Shown piece by piece: positions 48,089 to 61,240 of a stretch of 64,000 bases of DNA. The position numbers were made by a program, and so were the translations under genes. This stretch comes from Massalongia carnosa. Its lineage: Eukaryota. Positions within the stretch are counted from its first letter, which is position 1. Every line of letters begins with the position of its first letter. The notes beneath the pieces are model-generated. The model saw only the letters and a program-made list of their open reading frames with translations. It ran no database searches and had not been told where the DNA came from. The stretch covers positions 744,001-808,000 of the forward strand of contig OZ287069.1 of the NCBI GenBank assembly GCA_965645245.1, read 5' to 3'.

Positions 48089-51000
48089 ATCTAATATAAC
48101 CTCCAGCGTTCGTCCGGGCGCCTGGTGTTCCCGGAGCATTGACGTGATGTCTAGCGGGTATGGAGTGGGGCACGTGAAAAACTGCTGGGGGGTGGTGGGC
48201 ATGAAGATTGTAATTTTGGAAGTTTGCGCCTCCCTTCGCTTCAAGGACTGCCGTACGATGGGCAGTCTGACTGACATTTGGATGACATGCATTTGTTTTG
48301 ATTATGTTCGTTTAGATGTTTGATGAGTGGAAACGGTGGATACGATGTACGGAGTTATACATGTGAATTGGATGGGTAGATGGACATCAACCTCAATCGT
48401 CGGGACGTCCTCCGCACAGGTACTTGTACTCGTGCCATTCTCGATACGTTATCAGCATGCAGTCTGGACCACGATTGACATGCCACGATGATGCACGCAG
48501 TTGTTCCTTCGGCCTGACATGAGGCGTCCGTGAAGAGTACATACCGAGTTCTCGTCGCTGATGTTGAGTTTCGTCACTCCGTTGTTGATCTATCGACTCT
48601 GCCCCTGCTCGCACCGCACAACACGCAGAGTAACTCGATAGGCTATGCAAGCGACCACAGAGGATAACATGGCAGATAGTTATGGGAGGTCTAGGCTAGC
48701 TAACTGAGGGATATATCTAATAGGGGTTCGTGGGTCATGTGACCCCTAATCGCCTGACAGTTCTATCATTCATTTGCTACGAATGCCTCCCTATCATTGT
48801 GCCTCATCTTCATTTCTCAAGTTCAGGAGGTACCGAGTGGCCAGATGACAGAATAGCTGAAAGAATAGCTTAATGGATAAGCGGCTAGAGAGTAGGTAGG
48901 AATACGTGGGTGTTTTCATGATTATTTCCTTTCGCCTACTACCCTTTATAGGCCAAGTATGAGCCTTTTTCTGCCCATCGTCCAAACATTGTCTTAAGCT
49001 ACAAGTAGCACTCTTTCACTCTCACAATACTTCAGCAAGCGCTTATGCCTCGAGGTCTATATTTTCAACAGAGCATATACTGCTAGCTAGAGACCCATGC
49101 ATATAAGCTCCATTTTTTCTATTATTCAGCAATTCATTGCTGGGCAAATAAAAAGCTATTGTATATTAACACGAAAGATCTTCAGGCCAAAAAGAATCAA
49201 ACCCTCTGGAAGAAATCACCCTCAGATGCATAAATTTATATTGGCACATGCTGATGGGACTCAGAACTGTGGCGCTGTTTACCTATGGATGGCTTTTTCT
49301 AAGCTGGGTAAGCCACAAGAGGAGAGGAAAAGGGCAGCAAAATCTGCTTTTCAGAGAGAACGTATGATGCTGACTGAAGGAAAGTCTCTAGATATCGCTC
49401 TCGCTGGTGAATTGGCACCTCCCTTCCAGGCTAATCAAATCAGGCTTGATATCAGATTTAGAGTTACTAACAATAACGATCTGATGCTATCAAAAGAAGA
49501 TATCAAACTGTATTTGATTAGCCTGGGAGGAAGGTGCCAGTTCACCAGCGAGAGAGATAGTACACGCGGACGCGGTACTGATTACATGATTGCATAACAG
49601 CATTTAAGTTTCAACGACGCATTAAGTATTCCGTCATGGTCCAAGGACGGCTGGGTTTTTTTCTCATGCAGTCTTTGGTGGCATAATATTTGTGGTGGCT
49701 AGAATATCCGCATCGACAAATAGAGCGGTAGCGAGGACGGCGGTCATGGTAAAAGGAAGGCTGGAGATCAATTGCATTCTCACGGAACAGATAGGCCTTC
49801 TTCTTAATTGGGCAGAAGGCTGCTGACGTTTCACAAGCAAGGGGTTGTTCCAGGACTGCAACGATAGAACAATAGGCAAAATACCAGACAACTTGGGGAA
49901 TAAGGGAAGAGGTTTAACTAACACGATCAGAGTATGACGATTACAAATACTCCCTTATAACCTCAGGTACCAAGCGTCTTTAATCACACGTACGTCAAGC
50001 TTGTTTATAATCATATCCCAAAGCTCGTAGACTCTATGGCTGGCTAAGAAATTTATTGGCTATTTCTGGGACCGCCGCTGGAAGAATTTAGGAGACCAGA
50101 CATAAATGGGACGCTCTTGCTCCACGGCTTTTGTTCTGTGTTCCAGCGCTGCAAACAAGGCATTGAGATTGTCGAGAGGAAAGCAAGGGACCGTAGGTCT
50201 GTAAATCCATCCTGGAAGAAATGTAACATCAGCGAAAGATCAGCTGGTCGAGTGTGACTTCTGTGATCAACTACATGTACCATTGGATGTTTCACTTTTG
50301 TACAACCTGGTTGGAAGCCGTCCACTCTGGACTATCAGAAAAATAGGCCAGGAGGCGAATAAAGAATGAACATGAACAGCAGACTATGCCACATCGAATC
50401 ATCCTCAGAAATAACAATATGGAATCCTCAGCCGTGCATCTACTTCGCACGAGTTAAGACGTTTTCTAATTTTTTGTTGCAAGCGTATACAGTTTATATG
50501 GCGTATTTTACTTTCTTGTGTAGATCATATTGTGTTCGGCTTTGCCCTTCGTTCTTCTCCTTTTCATATGCACCTCCAGAGTCGTTAGGAGTAGCACAAA
50601 GACTGCTTTGATAGCACTAACATCCTGTGATAAGACGCCCCGGAGAGACAGCGTTTCTGGCCTATTCTATCTACCAGAGCAGACAAGAGAACCAAGACGA
50701 CCCTCTAAAACGAAAACGAATGCTAAGACTTTGCATGAAGGCTACAGTCTTCTTTTTTTCTATTTATACTTCGCAGGGTCTGCTTGTTAGTCCTCGAGTA
50801 AATGAATGAATGGATCTACTACCCTCGGTTCTCCGTTATATGTATTTTTATTCCACTTGATTCTTTGTCTAAGGATATAGGTAAACTACTTTATAGCTCC
50901 TCATCCAATTAACCACTTAGCTACTGGTTCAGCCATCCAGCCACTTTAGACACCTACTTAGCTATTCATTCAGCCATTCAGTATCATTCCTACACTGCTA

Positions 51001-51090
51001 GCAATCAATGCATGTTTCCAGTGAGGATGGATGAACTTCTCCGGTAAATATCCAACTGAGTATCCTCAGTTAACTGCTGGGGTGGTGAAT

Positions 51091-51162
51091 GAATAGATAG
51101 TTGGCTAAGTAACTGGGTGCTTAAGGAATAGATAGTAAGCTAAGTAACTGGGTGCTTAAGGA
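51091..51162. repeat. 35-bp direct repeat x2 within a degenerate fold-back region
   Basis: gaatagatagt..gctaagtaactgggtgcttaag at 51091 and 51126. Confidence 0.85.
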
Positions 51163-51717
51163 CTTGATGGCTGGACTGTTGAAGGACCGAAGGACTAAGT
51201 CTCTAAGGGTGAATGGCTAGATTCATAAATAGTGGAACAGTTAGGTGGTTGAACCATAGGACGAGTGATTGTTTGAATAGCCAGATGCATAGTTGACTAA
51301 CGCAGATTCGAAGGAGAGAAAGAAAGTGTAGTAATACACATAGGGGTATAAAATCTTGACTAACAAGATATCTCGATTTTCAAGCAGAAATGATACAGTA
51401 CAAACAAATCTCTCCTGTATAGCTTCCCATATGTGACACTGGGAACCATGGTTATGAGGGACAGTCACCGGCGCTGGATGATGATGCTTCATGACGATGG
51501 CGAAAATCGAGCTGAATGCTTCCAACGAAGACCGACGCAGGGAGTGTCTCTCACAGCCTGGAGCTATTGCCCAACTCTCCCCATCACAGTCTGAACCAAT
51601 GTTCCTCGCCAGCCGGCATGCATGCCCAAGTCCCTTTACTCCCTTGCGCTTCTTCAAGATACCTTCGATTGCCTATACCCACAAACAAGTAACTCAACCC
51701 CTCAAAGGTCCATCTAG

Positions 51718-52236
51718 TTACTCATCACTTCCTCCCACCCTTCGGATTCCCCTTCTTCCCCCCTCGCTCCCCTCGCTCCCTCGCTCCCCTCGCTCCCCTT
51801 CCCCCACTTCTCCCTCATTCCCAAACCGACTAATCAAATCCATCAAATTATCCTCCCCACCCCCTTCCCCATCTTCCCCTTCCTCCCCATTATGCTCCAC
51901 CTCCTCATCCATTTTCTCCGCGTCCCACCCCCGCCCGAACCTCTCCCGAAAGGCGCGCAACCGACCGGCCTCATCCGCCTCGACATTGAGCAGCCTCTGG
52001 CTCGACGGGTTCCATAACATCGTATTGCGCGTGTCTTTGTTGCTTTTGTAAACAGGGGCCGGGGATGTGGTGCGGTGCGTGTAGCTGCTGCCGTCGCTCA
52101 GCGTGACCAGTTGCGTGAAGGTGTAGGGGCGTTTGGGGCGGCGGAGGAGGGAGGCGTGTCGGGTTTGGAGGTGGGTGGTGGAGACAGGGAGTTGGGGTGT
52201 TAGGGGGCGGCGGATAATGGGGGAGAGGAGGGACAT
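51718..52236 (-). CDS. MRPL36: Mitochondrial large-subunit ribosomal protein L36 (bL31m)
   Basis: Presequence-like N-terminus, RRPKRPYTFTQLVTLSDGSS..RTTSP, KDTRN..LWNPS, EAGRL.AFRERFGRG. Confidence 0.88.
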   Translation of the reverse strand: MSLLSPIIRRPLTPQLPVSTTHLQTRHASLLRRPKRPYTFTQLVTLSDGSSYTHRTTSPAPVYKSNKDTRNTMLWNPSSQRLLNVEADEAGRLRAFRERFGRGWDAEKMDEEVEHNGEEGEDGEGGGEDNLMDLISRFGNEGEVGEGERGERGSEGSEGGRRGIRRVGGSDE

Positions 52237-52586
52237 CTGGTTTTTTTCTGTTGAAATGATGGAGGTGGTGGTGGGTAGTGTTGAGTTGCGGGTTTTGATA
52301 TGTGGTAGATGGGGGTAGTATAGGTTTTCGGGGATGCAAGTAAGGATTTTCAAGCTGGCGGAACTCGAACTTTCCCCGCCGTAACGTACTTGTCAACATA
52401 TGTACTCCCTCCCACCAATTCCATGGCCCATACGTTGGGCTCCAATTAGCTACTCTATATCAATTGATCTTGACTACATCTCCAAAACCCACCCTGTGGG
52501 CGGCGAATTCTCCCTCGACCGAAAGAATTCTCATTCTCAACCTACATGGATTGAATAAAAAAGTCTCCCTCCTTACAAGCAGAGGC

Positions 52587-53941
52587 ATGATCCGCCGCCA
52601 TGCCCTCTCTTCCACACTACGTTCTGCTCCCCCCGTGGGCCGGCATGCTGTCCTTCTCAGCACTGTCCAATTCCCGGCCTCAACCACGCCGGCAGACCCC
52701 CAAGATAGCACCTCCTTAGACCCAGGTATCTATCAATTTCTTCCGCAAACTCCCTCTATGTACAAATTCTCAACTTCGGCTGATTCGAAGGTATAGAACC
52801 CTCTACCAACTCCTCATCTCATTTAAGTGCTCAAGTCCGCACCATAATGCGCCTAGTCCCCCACCCCCTAACTATTATCCTCGCTACTCCTTTGCCTTCT
52901 TCCTCCTCCTCTACCCCCGGACCCCCCCCCCAACCAAACGAACCAACCGGCCTCCTAGTCTCAAGCTTCAACACCGTAACCCTTACCCCGGACCCCTACG
53001 TCTCCTTTAACATAAAACTCCCATCCGCCACGCACGCTGCCATCCTCGCGTCGGGCACGTTCACCGCGTCCGGCATCAACAAGTCCTGGCTGGCCCGTAA
53101 ATTTTTGCTACCGGCTGGGGAGGAGAAATCGAACGCTTTGCGGGAAGTGTGCCAGATAGGCTTGAGCGCGAAGAGCGAGACGATCGAGAGCGGCAAGAAG
53201 GCTGATGAGTGTACAAGCATGGATAGCACGCGGATCGACAGCGAGAATATTGAGGGCACAACTGTAGAAGAAGTAGAAATGGGCAAGGCAAATCTAGAAC
53301 CCACCAACCCCTCAGCTGCGCTCCTCCCGAGCCCAGAACCCCCCCCCACAGCCCCTTTACTAAATCCCACCACTCTCGGCCCTCTCTGGTGGATGCACTG
53401 CGCCTTCGTCCCATCGCTCAGCACCCTAGTCGGCGATCACGCGATCCTCGTCGGCCGCGTGCTCAGCACGGGCAAATACCCGTCAAGGGACGAGCGGAAG
53501 CTGATTATGTATATAAACGGCTGGTATCGCGATTTTTGGACTCCGGTCGGGAAAGGAACGCAGGACACATGGGTGGGGGAAGAAGGGTTGGGTGGGTTGA
53601 AGAAGGAGAGAGAGAAGCTCAAGAAAGCCATCCAGCCCGAGAAGCCCGAGAAGCCCGAGAAGGTCGAGAAGACCGAGAAGGCCGTTGAGAAGAATGGAGA
53701 CGCTAGCAAGAGTGAGTTGAAGACGACGACACCCTTGCTTATAAAGGGAAAAGGCCCGGACGCCGAAGGCTTGACGGATATCGTACCCTCCACGAACAAG
53801 ACCCGGTTGCTGAATACGGCGAGCATTAGCGCCTTGGTTTTCATGGCCGGGTATCGTGTGCGGGCTCTATGTAGGGATTTCACGATGGGAGTATGGATGG
53901 GAGCTGAGAGGGGAGCGGAGGGTGGTGGGAAAAGGTGGTAA
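52587..53941 (+). CDS. Flavin reductase-like (FMN split-barrel) protein, probably mitochondrial
   Basis: Exon 1 MIRRHALSS.., intron ~52725-52796, then VRTIMRLVPHPL, VSSFNTVTL.P.PYVSFNI, VGDHAILVGRV. 3' structure uncertain. Confidence 0.7.
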
Positions 53942-54347
53942 GGGGAAGGGCGGGAGGGAAAGGGAGGGGAGGAGAAGGTCGATAGGGTTGATTGATAGGG
54001 GAAAGGGGGAAAGGGGGGAGGGGAGACGAGGGTAAACGAGAAGTGACGGCGCGGATTCGGTGGGTTTGATTGCTTGGTGACTTGATCCATGAGTGGATGG
54101 ATGGAGGGTCACGATGTTTTTTGGATGGATGGGTAGGTGAGGAATGAGATTCCTTCTGGACGGGGAGAGAAAAGTCTTTGCGGATCAAGCTTAAAAGGCA
54201 AAAAATAGAATACTTCTCAAATACACTGACTGATACAACCTCATAAAATGCTACGCTCGCTCATGCATATCCATCATATCCATCACAAAAAAAATTCCTC
54301 CATTTGTCCATCCATCAACAATCAACCCCTTCCCCCTGCCTATCCTT

Positions 54348-56895
54348 TCACGTAAAGCCCCCCCCATTCCCCTCCCTCCCCTCTCTAGCCAGCTTTGCCT
54401 GTGCCCGCTCTGCCCTTCGCCGCCGTCGATTGTTCGAGTAATTCGCGCTCGCGTCGGTAGCTGTGCCATCGTATGTGCCAGGGGAACCCACACTGCCCGT
54501 CGTTCCCGGCCGCAGCCCAAGCGAGCTCTCGTGGATCGGCGGCGGCGGCGGCGGAGGCGGCAATGGTATAGGAAGGGGCTGGTAGGGATGGGGCTGAGGC
54601 TGGAGCTGAGGTTGGAAGGGTAGATTTTGGCTTTGACCTCGTGCTGCGGCAAGGTTTTCGCTTTCAATCCTCATGGCATCGGCTTGTTGACGCTCTAGTG
54701 CCTCCGTGCGCCGATAGCGATTTCCACTGCTACCGCCGCCACCGTCAGAACCGCTGAGGGAACTAATGCTCCCGCGTCGGCGTCGTCCATGCCGGTCTTT
54801 CGATCGTCGAGTTCGATCTGCAGCGGCTTCTTCTTCAGGCAGCCGCCGGAGGGTAACGTGGCGGCCGTCCGGGTGCATTTTGACTTTAACGCTCACGGGT
54901 GGAGTCGCGGCACTGCCTTCGCCTCCACTGGCAGAGTGACGATGATCACGCCGGCTGGAGCTCGCTTCGGCGACGGCCACGCCTGCGGTTGCTCCTGCTG
55001 CTACTGCGGCCGCAATCACGGAATTATGGCGGGAGTGGTGGCGACGATGTTGTCGGCCACCGGCCGAGACGTATGCTTCGGAGCCAGAAGATTCAGGGTG
55101 GAAGATGCCATACGGGTCAGGGGGGATTGGGGGCATCAAGACGGGCCCGGTGGGAGGAACAGCGCCAAGAGTCGGATTGCTGAGAATTGATGCATTGTGA
55201 TGTCGGTCTCTACTCAGATCATGCCCGGCTACGGCAGCGCTGGCAACAGCAGGGGGGAATACTCCAGCGGGGAGAGGCGGGGGCGCGCTGACGTTGGGAC
55301 GCGAGCGGTCGTCAGTCGAGGCAGAATAGTCCGTACTCGTTGTAGCCGAACCTCGGCGGGCAGCGCGGCGAGGTAATCCGTCACCAGTAAAGCGCTGATT
55401 GTTTGTTCGGGCGTTCCGTTCTTCGTCAATTTCACGTTGGCGTATGGTTTTGAGTCGGCGTTGCCTTTTCCGCTCTCGGCTATTCTTAAAAATATTCCTT
55501 GCAAGGCCAATCACACCCAATCCTGCAACGGTGTTTCGCAGACCGTGACCCCGGCGGCGTTCCCCAGTGGCGCTCATATAAGTGTGGTATGAGAGAGAAC
55601 TTGTGCTTCTTTGGAAGTTGGTGGTTTGGTTCAGAGGGTGCTGACCACTTGGCAAGGGTCGGCCTTCCTCCATACTCTCCACGACATCCGGGTTAATTGG
55701 TGTGGCACCTCCCAGAGGGGGGCCGTACTCTCCAACGTCACTATCTCGGTCTCGGTCTGGATCTTGGTTGCGATTTCTTCGATCCATTAGACGTTTTCCA
55801 ATCGCGAGGCCGCCAGCAATGGCTCCGTATTTCAAGAATCTGTCCTTCCACCCATTTCCTCGTGCCTCATCTCTTTCGTGACGAGAATACTTCTCTTCTT
55901 CAATATATGAACCTGATTGCCTCCGAGAGCCAACTACTTCCGGATGACTTCCTCTGCTTCTAGACCGGTGCCGGAAGCGACTGGAAAGGGCGGCTAGCCC
56001 AATGCCGGCTATGCCGGCTTTGGCCAAACCACCAAGTCCGCTACTGCGGCGCCGTTCTTCAACAGCACTCCCAGCCCCATAACTATACCGACCATCATAA
56101 TCGCTACCACCACGGCGCCCCTCAAGATAATTGAGGATGAAATAAATTAGAAGGAGCAGAAATACAGCAAGAGCATAGAGGACAAATAATGTAAGAGGAG
56201 ATCCATAGAGTGTAAGACCTAATGGTATCTGGGCAATCCCAAGTAGAGCTATCGTACGGCCAAACCAACGATGTATCTTATGCAAAATTAGCCGCTTCTC
56301 CTTAAGTTTTCTCAAAGGACCACCTTACCATAGCGGTTAAGGTATCGTGTATCCTCTGTTTTCGTCCTTTACTATGAACGAATGATCCGCCAATAGCTTG
56401 GGCGAGAACTAGGACAAAAATCGCGAGTCCAATGCCATGGTGAGGGTTGCTCAAGCTTCTCGTCGGGCCTACAGCAAACCAACCCAACGTGAACACAACT
56501 GTGGTTAAGAGGACCGTCAAGACTTGAAGCCAGATATGTATTCTCGTAGCGCGCACTGGGTCACGGTGATTAAACCGTCGTATGAGGATTGCTGAAGGTA
56601 CGAGTAGGAGAAAGGTAACGGCGGCAACTACACCATGACCGCGAATAAGAAGATGATATTGGGGCAATTCTTTGAAGCGATTTCCCATTCCTAATTGCAA
56701 CTATTAGTTCCAAGGAATACAGCCAAGGAGAATGAATGTAGCTTTACCATTAACGCGCATGGTATTAAAATTTAATCCCACCAGATTTGGGAGTAGGAAT
56801 GTGTTTCGCTCCATGTCCCATGTCCCATCTCCCACGAACATTGTTTTTGAGGTATATTGACTGCTCCCTGCTGGAGCTAGCTGTGAATCGGACAT
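54348..56895 (-). CDS. Membrane protein with N-terminal cytochrome b561-like domain and long disordered tail
   Basis: Three exons; transmembrane helices with His ligands (HGVVAA, IHIWLQ, NPHHGIG, HRWFGR) followed by an Arg/Ser/Pro-rich C-terminus. Confidence 0.8.
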
Positions 56896-57565
56896 GGCTG
56901 GAATTCTGTGACTACCTGCGACTCGGTGAGATGCTGGTCCAGATCTCAGGAGATGCTCAGATCTCCGGTCAAAATGGGCTTCCCATGCGACAGCTCAAAA
57001 GGATTATTTCGTCGAGAAAAGGTTTCAGGTAGCTGTAATGCTTGTCGTTGATACCTGGAGTTGGAGTTTGCTAGTATATGATTATCTCGAGAGCTCTACG
57101 GGCCAGTGTTAGCTGAGGGCTGTTTTGCAACAATTGGTCCAACAGTTCGGAAAGCGAAAAGAAAAGCGCACCCCTAGTAACAGATATAGATGAATTTCAC
57201 TTGACTTGGCTTTGCAAAGATACGTTAGGTATTCAGGGTGATCAAGATTGTTAGATCACTGCTCTGGCCCAATATGAGTACTGTAGTATTGCTTCAATCA
57301 AGTTCTGAGGTGGCACGGAGCTCGCTTCGGTAACGAGATCAATACCGTTGCCGAGGGCAACAAGCTCGTGAAAGCTCCATCATCATCATCGATTAACATT
57401 ATTTTGACACTAGAAGGCGTAAGGGCAGTTTACTAACCTGGACATCAGGATATGAATGGTTATCAAATCCGACGGCAGGTGTCTAAGAAGCACATATATC
57501 ATAAGACGAACTAGCGATTCCATTCAACTCAAATCACTTTGAACAGTATTCCCCCATAGCATAGC

Positions 57566-58237
57566 ATGCATCCACCACAGACTCCATCCCTCTTGGGTCT
57601 GCCGCGCGAGATACGTGATCAGATCTACTCAAATCTTTTCCGTTGCAATGCTCCCCTTCAATTGCCTACAGAGTGTGAGACAGGTCTGAGGAGCACCTGC
57701 CACCAATTACGGGCTGAATCTTCGGAGTTTCTCTTTGGCAAAAACCAAATCACGCTGAGGGAAGACATCCGAGTGATCGAGCGATGTCTTATTGCGATCT
57801 TGGATCACCAGGCGCAATACATCCGAACTCTGCAACTTCAGCTTCATTTCCTGGAGTCGAGCAGGGACTTGGAGGACCCCAACAAGCAGGCATCTAACCC
57901 AATGTATCATTCCGTACAGCCACGTGAGAAGGAGGTACGGCAGGTCTTACGCCTTCTGCAAAGGCTTCCCCTGCTCCGCGTCCTGGAGATTGAACCGTAT
58001 GGGCCCGACTACTTCATCGACATGCTAGAGCCGATGCATAATCTCTATCAGGGCCTGATGTTTTTGTCCAAGAAGCCAAGTCTCAAAGGGGCTCGAATCA
58101 CATTGAAGATCCAAGTATCGGGCATTTACAAGGTCTACTACACAAGAGCTCTATGCTACATACTCGGTCGCCAGCCTTTGGCGGAAGAATACCCATGCGC
58201 AGAGAAAGACTACTTGATCATTCGGAACTTCGATTGA
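57566..58237 (+). CDS. F-box-like hypothetical protein
   Basis: N-terminal SLLGLPREIRDQIYSNL and later L.STCHQLRAES.EFLFGKN, typical of fungal F-box-like families. Confidence 0.65.
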   Translation: MHPPQTPSLLGLPREIRDQIYSNLFRCNAPLQLPTECETGLRSTCHQLRAESSEFLFGKNQITLREDIRVIERCLIAILDHQAQYIRTLQLQLHFLESSRDLEDPNKQASNPMYHSVQPREKEVRQVLRLLQRLPLLRVLEIEPYGPDYFIDMLEPMHNLYQGLMFLSKKPSLKGARITLKIQVSGIYKVYYTRALCYILGRQPLAEEYPCAEKDYLIIRNFD

Positions 58238-59999
58238 CACTTTCACCTTACTATCGGTTGAACGAAGTGTGGTCGCATTACCTAAGGTTGCGTGGTAAGA
58301 GCTCGGTTTCGTAGTTGGTGGTTAGCTAGAGGACTGAGTAAAACAGATCATTACTTGCAGTAGCAAAAGCCTTCACGCGCTGACTAGCCTTTACTACCTA
58401 TCACCAGTTAGAGAAGTATTTGCTCGGGTCCTTCCAATGTACATAAATATCAAAGTCACTTACTAGGCTTTAGTCACTCATAGTTTTCTAGAAATCGATT
58501 CGGTATCATAAGTCGATATAATCATACTACGACCACCTTCGGAATGGGTGAGTATCAAAAATGGTCATAGCACGCTTACTTTCAAATCATGAGGAATAGC
58601 CAAGATATGCTTCTTCTCATAGCCATAGAACAGAGCCTGTAACAAAAACATTAATCGTCGTCCCGCAGTTTGAAAGGTGTGATTCATCCAACGTGGTCTC
58701 TTGGGCTACTCTTTACTCTTGAGGCCTACGCCACTCTGCTCCTAACCTTGTGAACATTTACATACTCGCTAGACCCGTGCTTCCCAGAGGTCTTCTTAAG
58801 CGCGAGGGAAGCCTCTCGTTCCTTCTCACCGGAGTATGGCCACCACGTCGTTTCACCCGTCCCATAGAGATGCATGGCACACACAGAAATGAAACCGAGC
58901 TTATCTTTTCGGTACTAGGTGGTTACGGTGGTATTCATTTTCTACGTCAAGATAAAGCGTGATCCCCTTCGTTGTTCATGTTAGCTGTGCTTTGAAGGAT
59001 GGAGGGTGGAGCCTATAAATAGGAAATGTGCATCAATACCGACGTACCTGGCTTCGATTTGTGTAATGGGATGATGTTGATTTCAGAGAAATATACTTTA
59101 AAGATAAATTGAAGCGAAAAGATATCTAGAAAGTGAGTGCTTGCACCTTGCTTGGTGAGGCCTTCCATCCCTTGCCGCCTCTTCTGGGACCCCCCCTTGT
59201 ACTCGTACTCACTGCCCCTGACTGTCCGTGATTTGTTCTATATCGTACCTTGGTCCCTTTGTGCCTCATCTAAATTCGAGTCAAGTATCAGGATATACGT
59301 TCAGATTACGAAAAGCCGTCCGCACTTTTGAACCATGGCCGTTCAAATTTTGCCTCGAGAGACTCATTCCGCTAGTTCGATCCCTGACCTTTGGCATTTC
59401 TAAATACTGGTCGTTCTTCCATATAAGAAGCGCTACAAAAGCAAAGCACCTGCTTTTTCAGCGGGTATTCCATCCTTTCGATGATCCGCTGTAGTGATTC
59501 TCCTGAACGCAGACCTGCGCTTACATCACTTGAGCGCCTGAGGGCAAAGACAGAAACGACAGGAGCTACGCGTCTTTCAGCCTCGATTCTGTCGTTAGTG
59601 GAAATACTGGAGCTTATAAACACTGCCATCTAATCGCTTACTCTTATTGTGATACGAAAAATGTGAAAACTCGGAACGCTATTAGCATTCTTCACACTTG
59701 TTCACGAACAGCTTTTGAAACAATGTTCTTCTCAATTAAATATAGTGCCCGGCATTTACAACTGTGGCGCTGATCCAAATAGAGTGAACGTGAAAGACCG
59801 TCTCCGTGCTTTTTTTGCAGGCAAATCCAAAGTGAATCTTCATCTTTAATGAACTTGATGAGTGTGATGTCAATTTGAGAACAAAAATATGTCTATGCCT
59901 GATCTCAATCCTCAACGAAGCGAATGCACTGATATTTAGCCGCGAGATTACAAAAAGGTTTGAGAGTTTTAAGCAAAGCCTTAGGTTCTTGGCAATCCG

Positions 60000-61240
60000 T
60001 ACAGTTAAGAATCACCGAAGAGGACACCAAGCTCGATTATCAAGGGCTTCATAAAGAGGGAGACAAAACTGCTCAGTTTCCCTGGCGAGGATGTTGAACA
60101 AGTCGTGATTTTCGCTCTCCAAAAATGGGCGCAAGGAATGTTCCAGTGGGCCAAATGATAAATACCTTGCAGAACCCGGAAGAATCTTTGTAGAGGAACA
60201 TCTGGAGGCGATATTGGGTTTTGCTGCACGCAGGAGGAGGTTTTAATGCTGCAGGATGGGGCGACAACACAGCACTTTCCTGGGGAGTTGATGTGGAATG
60301 TTGGACGAATCATAAAAGACCAGGATTTTTCAAGGTAGTGTCGATGCTGCTAGGAGGAAAGGCCGACCTCAACATGGCTCATGGCGCAGAAATCCCTCTT
60401 TACCAGGCATGTAAAAATCCGTTTTTCGGATGACCTGTTCATGCTGAGCATGATGACTTTGCTGTTACAGCATGACTCCACAAAGTATATTGATGGACAT
60501 CCTAAAGTAACCCCGCCACTGGGTTGTGCCGGCGAGATAGGGCTCCTCAGCTTGCCCGGCTATTTCTGAAGAACGGCGCCAACGTCGACGGGAAATGTTG
60601 AGAGATACAGCTCAGACATCCAAGCGTTGTCCTCTGATATTGATTTTTGCAAAACAAACTTCACTGCGGTACGACTCTTGCTTGAAGCTGGGGGAAATCC
60701 AATTGCTTGATGAATGGGTGGTTTTGTATTTTCGACTCATGGAAATGTAAAACTAACAGAGCTACTTATTAAATACAATGCAAACGTAAACCTTGTTGCG
60801 ATTGATGACTCGCTGCTGTTGCACACTGCAGTATCAAGGAGAACATCCCAGTTATCAACACCCTCCTCGGTCATGGCAGCAATCTTGATTTTGAGAATGA
60901 CACTGACCTAACACTGCTTGTTGTGGCAATTGATAATAGAAAACTTGCAGCAGGAACGCTCCTAGTCGATGCCGAATCTTGTTGCAAGGATAAGCACTGG
61001 TAGGTTTTCTATATGAACGAGATTCGATAAGACGTAGCGAGCGCATTCACTGGCCTCAAGATGCTTCGGGCCTGCTCAAAGTGTTCGAATTGCTCCGACT
61101 TCGGATTGCGCGGACAGGTCTGCCTCGAACCGTCGCACTCGAGATCTTGGAACTAGCTGGATACTGGCTGAAAAGTACTTCGTGGAATACGGAAAACATC
61201 AATATTGATAGCAAACGGAACTTCTCTATATTTACCTAAT
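60000..61240 (+). pseudogene. Decayed ankyrin-repeat gene (approximate limits)
   Basis: Ankyrin fragments in different frames, interrupted by stops: VVSMLLGGKADLN..IPLYQAC, LKNGANVD, VRLLLEAGGNP, HGNVKLTELLIKYNANVN..LLHTAV. Confidence 0.65.

Noticed and set aside
49097..50350. 166-aa ORF and a minus-strand F-box-like fragment (YELWDMIINKLD)
   Set aside because: Too little evidence to call; may be decayed genes.
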